Positions 1 to 10,731 of a stretch of DNA of 36,745 nt are shown here, one piece after another (position 1 is the stretch's first letter; each line of letters begins with the position of its first letter). Source of the stretch: a virus (lineage: Duplodnaviria; Caudoviricetes). The notes below the pieces were generated by a model. That model saw only the letters and a program-made list of their open reading frames with translations. It was not told the DNA's origin and searched no databases. The stretch spans positions 1 to 36,745 of the IMG/VR virus record IMGVR_UViG_3300020017_000024; one strand, written 5' to 3'. Position numbers and translations under genes: made by a program.

Positions 1-1
1 C

Positions 2-871
2 CGACCAACAAACCCCATCACGGCAACCCGGTGCGGAACACGTTTCGGCAACCTCCTCACGATACGGAAAACAGGTTGTTGTCATAACACCCTGCCAATC
101 GGAATATTGCCTGATCGCTTCATTTCCGAATGGAACAAATGCGTGAAAATAACTTTCGAAATATTCGTTGTCGGTTAGATCGCCACCCAAAACCATAGCC
201 GGGACAACACCCAAATTGTGTTCGTATATTGGAATTAACTGAAATCGTTTTTCCTTTGATGTTCCGATTTGAATGTGTTTGTAATACCCGGTTTCAGTCA
301 ACGAATAATAAATCAAACCTGATTGTTTTGATTTTCCGTTTTCATAAATTTCGGAATGCTCGTTTTCATCCAACCAAACAATCACATCATCATCGACAAA
401 TTTGATTTGGTTTGAATAAATCAAAAGCGGTTTCACTTCGACTTTGATCGATGAATCAACCAATCCATCGCCTGTCGGAATCCAAATCAAATACCCGTTC
501 GGATCTTCGATCATCCGCCTGACAACGTATTTTTGAACATAGGAATAAAAATATTGTCCATCAAATTTTTTCGTTGACAAATATTCATTCAGTTCCTCCG
601 ACACCTGAATTGAAAAATTTGCCGATCCAAAAATCCGATACAATTTATCAATCGCACGATTCATCGATCCTTTTGTGATCGGTTCGTAAATCGATAAACG
701 ATATTTTTGAATTTCGGGATCCTCGTTTGGACGTCTTGATGTCAGGATTTCACCTGGATTGCGACCACGTGTGTGAACAAACATCGTGTCACGAACACGA
801 TTCCAATCATCCCAATGTTTCGGTTTGTCAATCTTTGACAAATTATCATTCAAATAAACGATGTCAATCAT
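2..871 (-). CDS. Portal protein, N-terminal ~290 aa (runs off the left edge; absent from the ORF track)
   Basis: Manual translation from ATG at 871 (MIDIVYLNDNLSKIDKPKHWDDWNRVRDTMFVHTRG...RRPNEDPEIQKYRLSIYEPITKGSMNRAIDKLYRIF...MIEDPNGYLIWIP) stays open to the edge and has an A-rich upstream region. The portal call rests on resemblance to Bacteroidota phage portals and on no other portal being present. Confidence 0.7.
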   Translation of the reverse strand, partial: MIDIVYLNDNLSKIDKPKHWDDWNRVRDTMFVHTRGRNPGEILTSRRPNEDPEIQKYRLSIYEPITKGSMNRAIDKLYRIFGSANFSIQVSEELNEYLSTKKFDGQYFYSYVQKYVVRRMIEDPNGYLIWIPTGDGLVDSSIKVEVKPLLIYSNQIKFVDDDVIVWLDENEHSEIYENGKSKQSGLIYYSLTETGYYKHIQIGTSKEKRFQLIPIYEHNLGVVPAMVLGGDLTDNEYFESYFHAFVPFGNEAIRQYSDWQGVMTTTCFPYREEVAETCSAPGCRDGVCWS

Positions 872-880
872 TTTGTTTTT

Positions 881-1939
881 TTATTTACACGAATAAGTTT
901 TTGAACAATCAACTTTCCTGAATGAAACATCAATGAACCATTGGTTTCCGACTTCATTGTTTTTCGGGATTTCCCCATCGACAACAAATTCGATTCCATC
1001 AACGAAAACGTTTTCGGCATTCAGCAAATTGGCGATCAATTTTGCTACACGTTGCGGGATTCGATTCGTTTTCAGAATCCAATTTTCATTCAATTGTGAT
1101 GTTGTTGTTTTCAATTTTGTTCCAACGAATTCCTTTGTGATTTCGAATGATGTTTGTTCGAACGCACCTTCGACACGATATTTGTTTTGGAATGCGAAAA
1201 TGTTTCCGTTTCCGACCTGTTGCGTTCCATAGTAATATGAAAAACAATCACGATCAGGATAAACACCTTCCAACAATATCGTTGTTTTTTCAAGCGGACA
1301 CGGATTGAAAATATAGGGTTCAGAACAAAAACAATATTCAGTCGGCAACCCTACATTGAAACAAAATTCCAAAACGAAACAACCTTTGCCGTTTGGAAAT
1401 TGTGTCAACAAATCGATGTATAATTGTGTCGTGTCGATTTGAATCATTTGGATGTTTTTCCACGTTGTGTTTCCTGAATAATCCGTGATCGGGAACACAC
1501 CGACAAACGTGTTGGTTGCGTAATCGGTTATCGATACGGGATTCCCTCCTGATTCCAAATAATTGCCATTGCAACAATCTTTGATGAATCCATCAACGAA
1601 ACCTCCCGTTCCCCAACCAAAGGTGAATGATCCGTTTGGATCGTTTCCGTTCATCGTGTCAATTTGTTGGAATTGGAAAAACATCGATTCACCGGGATTC
1701 ACGATGTTGAAATACGGCAAATCATTTCCGCACAAATTGCAATTCCACGAATCATCGCATTCACACAAAACCAATCCATTGTTCACAACGGCATTGTCGC
1801 AAATCCCGCCACCACATTGAATGATTTCAATTTGACCGCAAACAATCCGTGATGATGAATCAGCCAATTCACACGTTGTCGAACTGACATCGCAAAAAAC
1901 CTCATTCCCTAATTGATACGAATCGAAATAAACGGACAT
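881..1939 (-). CDS. Cys-rich putative tail/baseplate structural protein (352 aa)
   Basis: Long ORF in the operon downstream of the tape measure gene; about 19 Cys by manual count. Confidence 0.6.
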   Translation of the reverse strand: MSVYFDSYQLGNEVFCDVSSTTCELADSSSRIVCGQIEIIQCGGGICDNAVVNNGLVLCECDDSWNCNLCGNDLPYFNIVNPGESMFFQFQQIDTMNGNDPNGSFTFGWGTGGFVDGFIKDCCNGNYLESGGNPVSITDYATNTFVGVFPITDYSGNTTWKNIQMIQIDTTQLYIDLLTQFPNGKGCFVLEFCFNVGLPTEYCFCSEPYIFNPCPLEKTTILLEGVYPDRDCFSYYYGTQQVGNGNIFAFQNKYRVEGAFEQTSFEITKEFVGTKLKTTTSQLNENWILKTNRIPQRVAKLIANLLNAENVFVDGIEFVVDGEIPKNNEVGNQWFIDVSFRKVDCSKTYSCK

Positions 1940-1951
1940 TGTTTTGTTTTT

Positions 1952-4783
1952 TTATACGTGATACAAACCACACAATTGATATTTTCCAATGGGTAACGAT
2001 GTTAAATCAACGTAAAATTGTGCCGATCCATTGAACACGTTTGACACGTTGTAAATCGGTGTTGATGACAATTGAATCATTCCTGATGGCGATGGAATCG
2101 GATCGGATTCCTGTAAATTTTGAATGCCGTAGGGATAAGGATCGAGAAACGCAATGAATTCACCAACCAAATCAGGCGAAACATTGTCCTGCATTGTAAC
2201 AATCAAATAGTCGAATTGCCCCTCACAAAACTGACCTGTGATTGTCACGGGCGGGTTTGTTCCTTTGACACCCTCAATGATCAATGGTTTGAACAATGAT
2301 GGAAACGGATTCGGTGTTGTTTCAAAATCGATCGGATGAATCCTGTTTATGTAAACCAAATTCGCAATGAACGTTGTTGGAAACAATGATGACAAATCAA
2401 ACCTGAAAACATATTCAAAATAAATGTCCTGATCCGCCCAATCGTATGTGATGCCGTTTGTTGAAACGTATGTGTTCCCCAATGCACCCGCAGGAATTCG
2501 ATTCATCGGTGTTGAATTGTTTGACACAAACACCTGTGATCCTGGCAATGGATTGTTTTCATATCGAACACGACCATTCCATTCAACATCGAATGTCAAT
2601 CCTGATTCCGAACAAAATAAATCCGATGATAAATTGTTGAAATTGTTTGGGAAACCAGGTGTTCGGATTGATTGCAATTGATCGAACATAAACCACGTTG
2701 TTTGTCCTGCAATCGGGAAATTGTTCACCTTTCGATAAATGTTCAATTTGATGTCAGTCAAATACGTTGTCCAATCAACCAATGCAGGATTCCACCCGTA
2801 ATCCTTTAAACAATTCCCGAAATCGCCCGAATCAACACTCAATGTGTTTTTGATTCGTTCTTTCATTGTCGGACTGAAACAGGCATTTCCTACCTTGTTA
2901 TGATAATCAAACCAAAACGGGGTGACATCCATTGGACAACAAATTTCGTTTCCTGGTATTTGTGTAACGGAATATTGTGATGAAATGAATGAATTCACAA
3001 TGTATGTTCCCGAATCGTAACAAACGGCAATGATGTAATATTGTCCCGATGGATTCAAATTGATTCCAACATATGCGGAACATTCCCAAACACCTGGTGC
3101 AATCAATGTCGGTGCGACTGATGGCGAAAACAAATTGTTGTCGATTACACCTGTCAACGGATTTGTTGTGATTTCACCACGTGATGAATCGTAATTTTGA
3201 ACGAACGTTACTGAATCATCGATTTGTGATCCATCAATAACCCAAAACAAAACGTTTGTTAATGTGCCTGGATAATTGATTTGAAATTTCACCTGTGTTT
3301 TCAGGATCGTTGACAAATTGTTTACCAATGTCGCATTCCTGAACAATGTGAATTGTGGATTTGTCAATTCAGGTGTTCCCGCATACAATCCCTGATTGTA
3401 AAAACGTGCCGTGATTGGCAATGATTTTGTCGTGTAACACTCAAAATTTTCGTATTGAACAGGGTTTGTTCCTGGAATCGCAACCAAATTGTTCGGATCG
3501 GAAATGTAAATCAACACACACAATTGTTTGTTGATGTTATAAACCGATTGAACAACGTTTGTCAAATCCGTAGGTGCTGAAATATGGTTTTTCAACAATT
3601 TCTTTTGATTCGGCAACGTGTTTGAATCAATCCAATTTTCAATGTCAGCGATCAAATAAAATTCCAATGTGATAATGAATTCGTAATTGTTTACGATTTC
3701 AATTTCGGCATAAATGTTTTTTTGTGAATTGGCATTCACACCCGCACCGAACAATTGCATCGGGATTCCTGATGTGCCAACGTCACCTGTTTGAAACACA
3801 TACGACCAACCTGCGGGGGGCGGTGAACCGATTGTTGATGTTCCGTAAAGATTTGCGAAATTGCAAATCACATCGAACATCACAGGATTGAAATATATGA
3901 TCGCCCCATCAGCCAAAAATCCGTTGTCGTATTGGAAATGCAAACGCAAATATTTTTTTTCACCAATCGCCCCGTATTGATAAACCTGTCCAACCCCGTT
4001 GTCGCAAAAATCAAATGTTATTGGAATGTAATTGTTTTCGGTTGAAATTTCGGATGCAACACAATTCACCCCGCAATCATTACAAATAACGGGAACAATG
4101 TTCAATGATATTGTTTGAAATGTATTGCATATTGCAACCTCAATTGAACACGTTCCGCCTGTTGTTATTGATGGACACATTGTCCAATTGATTGTTGATG
4201 TTTGTTGTGGCGGAATTTGAAATTGTGGCAATGGTTGTGAAACACCATTCAAAAAGTATTCAAGTGGATTGATTGGAAAATACAATGGACAATCACTATT
4301 CATTGTAACCAAATAGGACAATGGCAATGGATTATCAACTTCAATTGAAACAGGTTGTAATTCGTTGCAATCATTTTTGCACGGATAAAAATTCAAATCC
4401 GTTGGCAAATAGGACAGATCACAAGCGATCGGTTCTAAATCGTAATAAAAATTGTGCGTTGCACCTGCCTGTGTTTGAATCCTTAAATGCCCCTGAATCA
4501 ATGATGAATTACATTCACAAATTGATACAACGACTTTGATTTCGTTGAATTGTGTCAACGTTATGTTGTAAGGCAATGAACCGCCTGTGAAATAAACACC
4601 ATCAAATGAAAAAACTGATGATCCGCAATCAGTCAATCCATTTTCCAACCAATCAATTTTTGTGACAACGTGATTCGGTTCACCTGGTGACAATTTCAAT
4701 GTGAATTCAGCCAATCCACAACAATTTTCAAAAAATTGATTTACACCTGATGGCGATTCAATTAAAAGTGATTGTGATATCAT
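1952..4783 (-). CDS. Large beta-rich, Cys-rich tail/virion protein (943 aa)
   Basis: Long ORF two genes after the tape measure; rich in N/T/P/I/V; about 28 Cys. Confidence 0.6.
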   Translation of the reverse strand: MISQSLLIESPSGVNQFFENCCGLAEFTLKLSPGEPNHVVTKIDWLENGLTDCGSSVFSFDGVYFTGGSLPYNITLTQFNEIKVVVSICECNSSLIQGHLRIQTQAGATHNFYYDLEPIACDLSYLPTDLNFYPCKNDCNELQPVSIEVDNPLPLSYLVTMNSDCPLYFPINPLEYFLNGVSQPLPQFQIPPQQTSTINWTMCPSITTGGTCSIEVAICNTFQTISLNIVPVICNDCGVNCVASEISTENNYIPITFDFCDNGVGQVYQYGAIGEKKYLRLHFQYDNGFLADGAIIYFNPVMFDVICNFANLYGTSTIGSPPPAGWSYVFQTGDVGTSGIPMQLFGAGVNANSQKNIYAEIEIVNNYEFIITLEFYLIADIENWIDSNTLPNQKKLLKNHISAPTDLTNVVQSVYNINKQLCVLIYISDPNNLVAIPGTNPVQYENFECYTTKSLPITARFYNQGLYAGTPELTNPQFTLFRNATLVNNLSTILKTQVKFQINYPGTLTNVLFWVIDGSQIDDSVTFVQNYDSSRGEITTNPLTGVIDNNLFSPSVAPTLIAPGVWECSAYVGINLNPSGQYYIIAVCYDSGTYIVNSFISSQYSVTQIPGNEICCPMDVTPFWFDYHNKVGNACFSPTMKERIKNTLSVDSGDFGNCLKDYGWNPALVDWTTYLTDIKLNIYRKVNNFPIAGQTTWFMFDQLQSIRTPGFPNNFNNLSSDLFCSESGLTFDVEWNGRVRYENNPLPGSQVFVSNNSTPMNRIPAGALGNTYVSTNGITYDWADQDIYFEYVFRFDLSSLFPTTFIANLVYINRIHPIDFETTPNPFPSLFKPLIIEGVKGTNPPVTITGQFCEGQFDYLIVTMQDNVSPDLVGEFIAFLDPYPYGIQNLQESDPIPSPSGMIQLSSTPIYNVSNVFNGSAQFYVDLTSLPIGKYQLCGLYHV

Positions 4784-4800
4784 TTTGCTAATTTATAAAT

Positions 4801-6549
4801 TTAAACAATCCCTGACACCTGAATTGTTCGTGTTTTAAAATCAATTGATAATTCGTTCACCAATCCGTTGACCACGTTTCCACCCTTAACCAATCGTATC
4901 GTTTTTTGGAACGAAAAGGAATTGTATTGTGTGCAATCAAATCGGAATGTGAATTTGAATTCAAAGTTTGTTGCACCTGGCAAACGGGGATCATCGATGT
5001 AATGAAATAAGGAATACAGGTTGTTCGATCGACCTGCCCAAAACCACATTGGATAATTGAATCGTTCATCGGGCGGGATGTAAATCGATCCGCCTGTGAA
5101 CGTATCATCGTAATTGTGGACAACCTCCCCATCGGAACCAGGATTGTAAATCAAAAATTTGTAATTGAAAAACGTATGTTGGTTGATCAACAATGCCTTG
5201 TCATATTGTCCAAATGCACCGCCAAATAAAACATTGATGATTCCACCCAATGCGTTCGACATAAACGTGAACACATCCGTGTCGATTCCATCCTCACGAT
5301 GCCGTGCGGGGGATGCGGGAATTGTCACATTCAATTCACCTGCCTGTGATGAATTGTACGGAACATTCCAATCAACAATGTCATTGTAACGGGATTTCGC
5401 TTCGTTGCCGATGTAGTCTTGTGCATCCAATTGATATTCGTATCGGGCGAATGCAAATCGTTCCTTATCGATCCAATTATAACAAATCGTGTCATCAATG
5501 ATGTCACCCTGATTCAACAATTGTTCCGTGTCGATCCAATTCACATTGGTATTGAAATAATCTTTTCGCTCAAACGTCAACACCCCGTTTGCAACACGAT
5601 AATCGGCATTGAATATCGGTTTCAAATATTGGTTCAAATATGTTTCCAATGTTTCAACGGGGCGATTGTCATCGATCACGGAATAATTGGTTGATGTTTT
5701 CGCACGTCCTTTTTTGATTTGTGCCGATGTCATAACCAAATTGTAATAGGGCGATGATGGGTTGTTCAGGATTGATGATTGAAAATTCAAACCGCATTTG
5801 TCACAAACGTTTTTGATGTAATCACGAACGTATGGTGATGGGTGAAAACGTCCGCACGGAATCAACAATTCATTCAATTGACTATAAATTTGAATGATGT
5901 TGTTGATGAATGTCACGGGATTTGTGAACGGGGTGTTGCAATTTGGCGAATTACACCCGATGATTGGAATGTCACAAATGAAATCAATGACCTGGCAAAT
6001 CACATAAATGATCGCAATGATTGGAATCAACGTTGTCAATATACCAATCAGGATTCCGAAAAAAATGTAATTCAAAATCGCAGTCAAATAAATTAAAACG
6101 TATTGGAAAAATTCAGGACGTGATTCAATACAATAGCGAATGATCGGGTGTTGTTTAACTGATGAAAACCCGTTCCAATCGTCCCAAATAATCGTTGATT
6201 TCAAACAATTTATTTGTGCGTCATCTTCAACAACGTTTGCCGTAATGAAACAACCAGGTTCACACCAATCGATTGCGTCACCAAATATGAATCCATCGAA
6301 CACGGGATTCCCTTTGCAACAATCATCGTAAATTTTGATCGCAACCTTTTTTGAAAACCCTGTCGGATCATCAATCAGGATCGTTTTCAAAACCTGATAT
6401 CCATCATCGTAAAACGTCAATTCGGATGAAAACGATTTCGCCAATCGCCCCGATTCATCCGCCCTGCGAATCGTTACGGAAAAATTATCAACCCCATCGA
6501 TCCGACCTGTGATCAATGTTCCGTTCAATTCAATTTTCATTGTTGACAT
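4801..6549 (-). CDS. Tail tip/hub-like protein with internal hydrophobic segment (582 aa), intact copy
   Basis: Directly follows the tape measure gene; carries a long hydrophobic stretch at about aa 148-200. Confidence 0.6.
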   Translation of the reverse strand: MSTMKIELNGTLITGRIDGVDNFSVTIRRADESGRLAKSFSSELTFYDDGYQVLKTILIDDPTGFSKKVAIKIYDDCCKGNPVFDGFIFGDAIDWCEPGCFITANVVEDDAQINCLKSTIIWDDWNGFSSVKQHPIIRYCIESRPEFFQYVLIYLTAILNYIFFGILIGILTTLIPIIAIIYVICQVIDFICDIPIIGCNSPNCNTPFTNPVTFINNIIQIYSQLNELLIPCGRFHPSPYVRDYIKNVCDKCGLNFQSSILNNPSSPYYNLVMTSAQIKKGRAKTSTNYSVIDDNRPVETLETYLNQYLKPIFNADYRVANGVLTFERKDYFNTNVNWIDTEQLLNQGDIIDDTICYNWIDKERFAFARYEYQLDAQDYIGNEAKSRYNDIVDWNVPYNSSQAGELNVTIPASPARHREDGIDTDVFTFMSNALGGIINVLFGGAFGQYDKALLINQHTFFNYKFLIYNPGSDGEVVHNYDDTFTGGSIYIPPDERFNYPMWFWAGRSNNLYSLFHYIDDPRLPGATNFEFKFTFRFDCTQYNSFSFQKTIRLVKGGNVVNGLVNELSIDFKTRTIQVSGIV

Positions 6550-6561
6550 CGATTCCCTGTT

Positions 6562-9500
6562 TTATCGTGCTTTGTTTCGGATTCGGTTTTGTTTGTATTG
6601 TAAGGTTGACACGATCCCGTGAATTCCACGTTCATCGATTGACAACGACATTCCCTTTTGTTCCCTGATCGCCTTTTCAATCCGTGTCAGTTTTTCATCC
6701 ATCCCCGCATTTTGAACAACTAACACCTTTGATGACATTCCCTTTGTGATGAATGGATCACGTCCTTTGTGGATGTCCTCAAACAACGACCTGTATTTTG
6801 TCGTTTTCTCTTTACTGAAAACGAATTCGCCTTTGTGAACAATCCCGGCGGGTTCATATTTCCCGCCATCACCTGTGAAACCACCCTCCGCAAATCCACC
6901 CCCTGCGGATTGTGCCAATGCACGGGCTTTGATGAATCCCGCAGTCAATGCAATGATTGTCGAAGCGATTGTGAATGGTGCTAAAGCACCACCATCACGT
7001 GCCGCCTTTGCGATTGCCAATGCCGAATTGAATGCCAATTCAACGAATGCCAATGCCTGTTGTTGTCGCACGAAATTCGCACGTTGGCGGTTCAATTTAT
7101 CCAATCGTTCCTCCTCCAATTGCAACAATTCCGCATTCCCTTTTTCCGCAATTTCCTTTGCCCTTTCAACACGTTTTTCCTGTGATGATATTGCAACCTC
7201 CGTTTGTTTGATTTGTGCATCGATCACGGAATTAATCAATGCCAATGTTTCCTTTGTTACATCCTGGTATCCCTGTAAAATTTCCTCGTTCGCCTTTTTA
7301 CTTGCATCAACCGCAGTTTTCGCCCCATCGACATTCAATTTGTCGATTTTGTCTTGTGTGTCTTTTTTCTCTTTTAAAATGTCTAACGTTGCCTGATCTT
7401 CAATCGCTTTTATTTCCAATGCGGTTTTCCCTTTGATGTTTTTTTCCGCCTGTGCATTTGTTGATATTTGCAAAATGCGATCATTGGATTCACGTTGCAA
7501 CGAATCAATTGTCAATTGTTTGTTTTCATTCAATTGTTTCAGTATTGATTCCCGTTCCTTTTTTGTTGTTGCCTTTGATAGACGTTCATTCAGTTTATCA
7601 CGTTCGGTTGCTAACTTTTCCTGAATGATTTGTTCATCAAATATCCGTTGTTCAGATGCTATTTTTCCTATTTCCAATTTGGATTTCAAATCACGTTGAT
7701 CGTAATCCTTTTTGATTTTCAATATTTCCTTTTCCTGATCCTGCTGAATCTTTAATGATGTCAATCGTTTGATTTCATCGAATTGTTTTTGCACACCCGC
7801 AGTCAATGTTCCCTGTTCACGTGCGTTTTCGATTTCACGATTGATGTCCGCCTCCGCACGTTTTTGTTTCAAATCATATAAATCATTCACCTGTTTTTGT
7901 GCTTCGTTGAATGATTCGGGATTTGTGAATTGAATCGCCTGTTCCTGGATATCCAATCGCAACGAATCAATTTTGTTTTGCAAATTGTTGAACAACGTTT
8001 TGATTTTGTCACCCGTTTTCGAATCCGTTCCATCAGGAATTTCAATTTCGGGAATTTTCAGGTTTGCACCCTCATTCAACAATTCCTGAATCCGTGTATC
8101 AACATCCGCTAATTCCTTTGATGTTTTGACCGATTCCTGCAATCCCTTGTTGTATTCCGCATTGATATTTTTCCGCCTTGTTTCCAATCTTATGAATTCC
8201 GATCCTGCCGTTCCTAAACTTCCGATTGATGATGACAAATCCGATCTGTTTTTTTTCTCTTGTTCACGAATTCGCTTTTCATCCTTTTCCAAATTTGACA
8301 ATGCCTTTTGCCGATCATCCTCAATTTTTTTATTTTGATCAGCATTTTTACGTGTCAATTCACCCTGTTTTTTATAAAGTTCAACCAACGTTTCCTCAAT
8401 CGCACGTGCTTTTGCTTTGTTTTCCAACAATGCAATTGCCTTTGCCGTTTCAACATTCACTAATGCCTGGAATTTTTTTTCATCATCCAGGTTTTTCAAC
8501 GTTGTTCCATACTGATCATTCAATTGTTTTATCAATCGATTTCGTTCCGCTGATCCATTATTTGTTTTTCGGATTTGATTCACCAACAAATCCAATTTCG
8601 CACGTTCCTCATCAATCAAATCGTTTTCCTTTAATTGTTGTTGTTCACGTGATTTCGCCAAATCAAAACGTTCGTTTTCCGCTTCGGTTGCCTGTTCGGT
8701 TGCATCCCCGAAATCAATCAAAAATGCCGATGCAATCGCCAATGCAGTAACCAACAAACCGATCGGATTCGATTTGATGGCGGTTGAAAATGCACGTGTC
8801 GTTGCGGTTGCAATGTTTGTTGCGACTGAATATCCTGTCGTTGCTATTGTTTGTAACAATGTTCCTGCCGCTGACGCACGTTGTGCGGTTGTCGTGACTG
8901 CAATCGCACGTGCTTTGATTGTTTCCAATCCAATCGAAATTCGATCAACCAAATTTTTGGCGGTTATGTAACCACGTGCCAAAATCCAAAATTGATTTTG
9001 CAAACGCAATTGAATTGTCACAAACGTAATTGCACCCGCTAACAATTTCAATGTTGTTGCATTATTACGAATGAAATCAGGGATTTGTCGCAACACCTGG
9101 ATGAATCGGAATCCCGCATCGATGATTGATTCCAATGTAGGTTTCAATGATTCACCGATATCACGTGCCAAAAACGTGAATTCATCCGATAAGGTTGCCA
9201 ATCGCCCTGTCAATGACGTTGACAATTGTTCAGTCAATCCGAAAAACGATCCTTTTTCACCCTCTGTTGTCAACAATTTCAATGCCTGTTGTAAATCCAG
9301 GAAACTGATTTTTCCCTCCGATCCGAATTTCCTGACATCCGCTTCAGCAATTTTCAAAACCTCCGCCAATTTTGAATATATTGGAACACCCGCTTCGGCT
9401 AATTGGTTTAATTCCTCACCCTGAACAACACCCTGTGTTTTCGCTTTTCCGAATATCGTTGCAAGTTCATTGAAATCTTTTCCCGTTCCCGCTGAAATGT

Positions 9501-9927
9501 CACCCAATGTTCGCAACGTTCCCTCTAATTCCTTAACAGGAACACCGAATGCCAACAACGCACGTCCCGCCCTTGTCACCTGTTCGGTTTCAAAAGGTGT
9601 TGAAATTGCGAATTCCTCTAAAGATTTTAAAACCTCTTTTGCCCGATCCGATGATCCCAAAAATGTGGTGAATGATATTTGCAGTTTTTCCAATTCAGCG
9701 GTTGCCGTGAATGCGGATTGTGCAAACGTCAACAAACCCTGTCCAACACCGATCGTTGCCAATGTCGCACCCGCTTGTTTTAGCAATGATCCGAATGATG
9801 TCAGGGATTGTTCCGCTTGTTTTGTGGAATTGTTTATTTGTGCTAATTCCTTTTGAACCGCATCCAATTCCCTGCGTAATTGTCCCGTGTCCGCCTGTAT
9901 TTTGAATAAAACGTTTTTTGTTGCCAT
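6562..9927 (-). CDS. Tail tape measure protein (1121 aa), copy 1
   Basis: N-terminal tape-measure domain (LEEFAISTPFETEQV), Ala/Thr hydrophobic stretch, long coiled coil, C-terminal GFAEGGFTGDGGKYEPAGIVHKGEFV motif. Confidence 0.93.
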   Translation of the reverse strand: MATKNVLFKIQADTGQLRRELDAVQKELAQINNSTKQAEQSLTSFGSLLKQAGATLATIGVGQGLLTFAQSAFTATAELEKLQISFTTFLGSSDRAKEVLKSLEEFAISTPFETEQVTRAGRALLAFGVPVKELEGTLRTLGDISAGTGKDFNELATIFGKAKTQGVVQGEELNQLAEAGVPIYSKLAEVLKIAEADVRKFGSEGKISFLDLQQALKLLTTEGEKGSFFGLTEQLSTSLTGRLATLSDEFTFLARDIGESLKPTLESIIDAGFRFIQVLRQIPDFIRNNATTLKLLAGAITFVTIQLRLQNQFWILARGYITAKNLVDRISIGLETIKARAIAVTTTAQRASAAGTLLQTIATTGYSVATNIATATTRAFSTAIKSNPIGLLVTALAIASAFLIDFGDATEQATEAENERFDLAKSREQQQLKENDLIDEERAKLDLLVNQIRKTNNGSAERNRLIKQLNDQYGTTLKNLDDEKKFQALVNVETAKAIALLENKAKARAIEETLVELYKKQGELTRKNADQNKKIEDDRQKALSNLEKDEKRIREQEKKNRSDLSSSIGSLGTAGSEFIRLETRRKNINAEYNKGLQESVKTSKELADVDTRIQELLNEGANLKIPEIEIPDGTDSKTGDKIKTLFNNLQNKIDSLRLDIQEQAIQFTNPESFNEAQKQVNDLYDLKQKRAEADINREIENAREQGTLTAGVQKQFDEIKRLTSLKIQQDQEKEILKIKKDYDQRDLKSKLEIGKIASEQRIFDEQIIQEKLATERDKLNERLSKATTKKERESILKQLNENKQLTIDSLQRESNDRILQISTNAQAEKNIKGKTALEIKAIEDQATLDILKEKKDTQDKIDKLNVDGAKTAVDASKKANEEILQGYQDVTKETLALINSVIDAQIKQTEVAISSQEKRVERAKEIAEKGNAELLQLEEERLDKLNRQRANFVRQQQALAFVELAFNSALAIAKAARDGGALAPFTIASTIIALTAGFIKARALAQSAGGGFAEGGFTGDGGKYEPAGIVHKGEFVFSKEKTTKYRSLFEDIHKGRDPFITKGMSSKVLVVQNAGMDEKLTRIEKAIREQKGMSLSIDERGIHGIVSTLQYKQNRIRNKAR

Positions 9928-9936
9928 TGTTCTATT

Positions 9937-10287
9937 TTATTTTTTTGATGACATTTTTTTTCGTGTCACGGGTTTTTCATCATCCTGATCCGATCCCCTT
10001 TCAACCGATTTGTTTTTTTCCTCAATGATTTTCATCCACGTTGTAATCGTTTGATAGTATTCATCGACTGACAGGTTTTCCAAAACTTTCATTTCACTCG
10101 GTTTCGAATCACAAATCAATTGATTCAACGTGTTTATGTCATCAATGTATTTTCCAATTTCAATGTTTGCAAATATTGATTTAATCTTTCGTTTTCCGTT
10201 TTTGCTTTCCGTAAAAAGTTTATGATATCTGTTTCGGATGTATTGCCAAATTGAATTGTGCGTTCGTATGCCTTTTGCAAAAAAAAA
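9937..10287 (-). CDS. Tail assembly chaperone -1 frameshift extension (gpT-like), copy 1
   Basis: The -1 frame is open from the T9 run (A9 at 10279-10287 on +) into the listed 63-aa ORF, ending just before the tape measure gene. Confidence 0.75.
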   Translation of the reverse strand, partial: FFFAKGIRTHNSIWQYIRNRYHKLFTESKNGKRKIKSIFANIEIGKYIDDINTLNQLICDSKPSEMKVLENLSVDEYYQTITTWMKIIEEKNKSVERGSDQDDEKPVTRKKMSSKK

Positions 10288-10712
10288 TCCTTTGCATCGG
10301 AATCGGCATTCAGGATTTCACGTTTTTTCGTTTGCCATTCATCGCTGAATTGCGTTTCATCTTCGCCATCGATAATGAAATAACACACCGCCAATTCCAT
10401 CAATGTTTTTTCCTCACCGATGAAATTCAACCTGAATTCTATTTCCGACAAAACCGAAAACAATTCAACAATGTTCCCGGTGTTGGCGTTTTTTTTCATC
10501 GCTTCGATTAGGATCATCAATTCCGATTTTGTCAAATTCATTTCAGCGAATCGGGTTGCAACCTCCGCATTGATTGTTCGCCTGGCGGGAATGGTCAGGT
10601 TGTTGACGTATTCAAACCAATCATTCCCGAATTTGTCGGTGTAAATTTTATTCACCGCAATTTGACGTTCACGTTTGTTTGTTGTTTGTTTCTTTTTTTT
10701 GTTCCAAAACAT
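10134..10712 (-). CDS. Tail assembly chaperone (gpG-like), copy 1
   Basis: Lies upstream of the tape measure gene; likely start MFWNKKKK at 10712; contains slippery GAT TTT TTT TTG. Confidence 0.75.
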   Translation of the reverse strand: MFWNKKKKQTTNKRERQIAVNKIYTDKFGNDWFEYVNNLTIPARRTINAEVATRFAEMNLTKSELMILIEAMKKNANTGNIVELFSVLSEIEFRLNFIGEEKTLMELAVCYFIIDGEDETQFSDEWQTKKREILNADSDAKDFFLQKAYERTIQFGNTSETDIINFLRKAKTENERLNQYLQTLKLENTLMT

Positions 10713-10731
10713 TTGATTTGTTGTTTGATGT

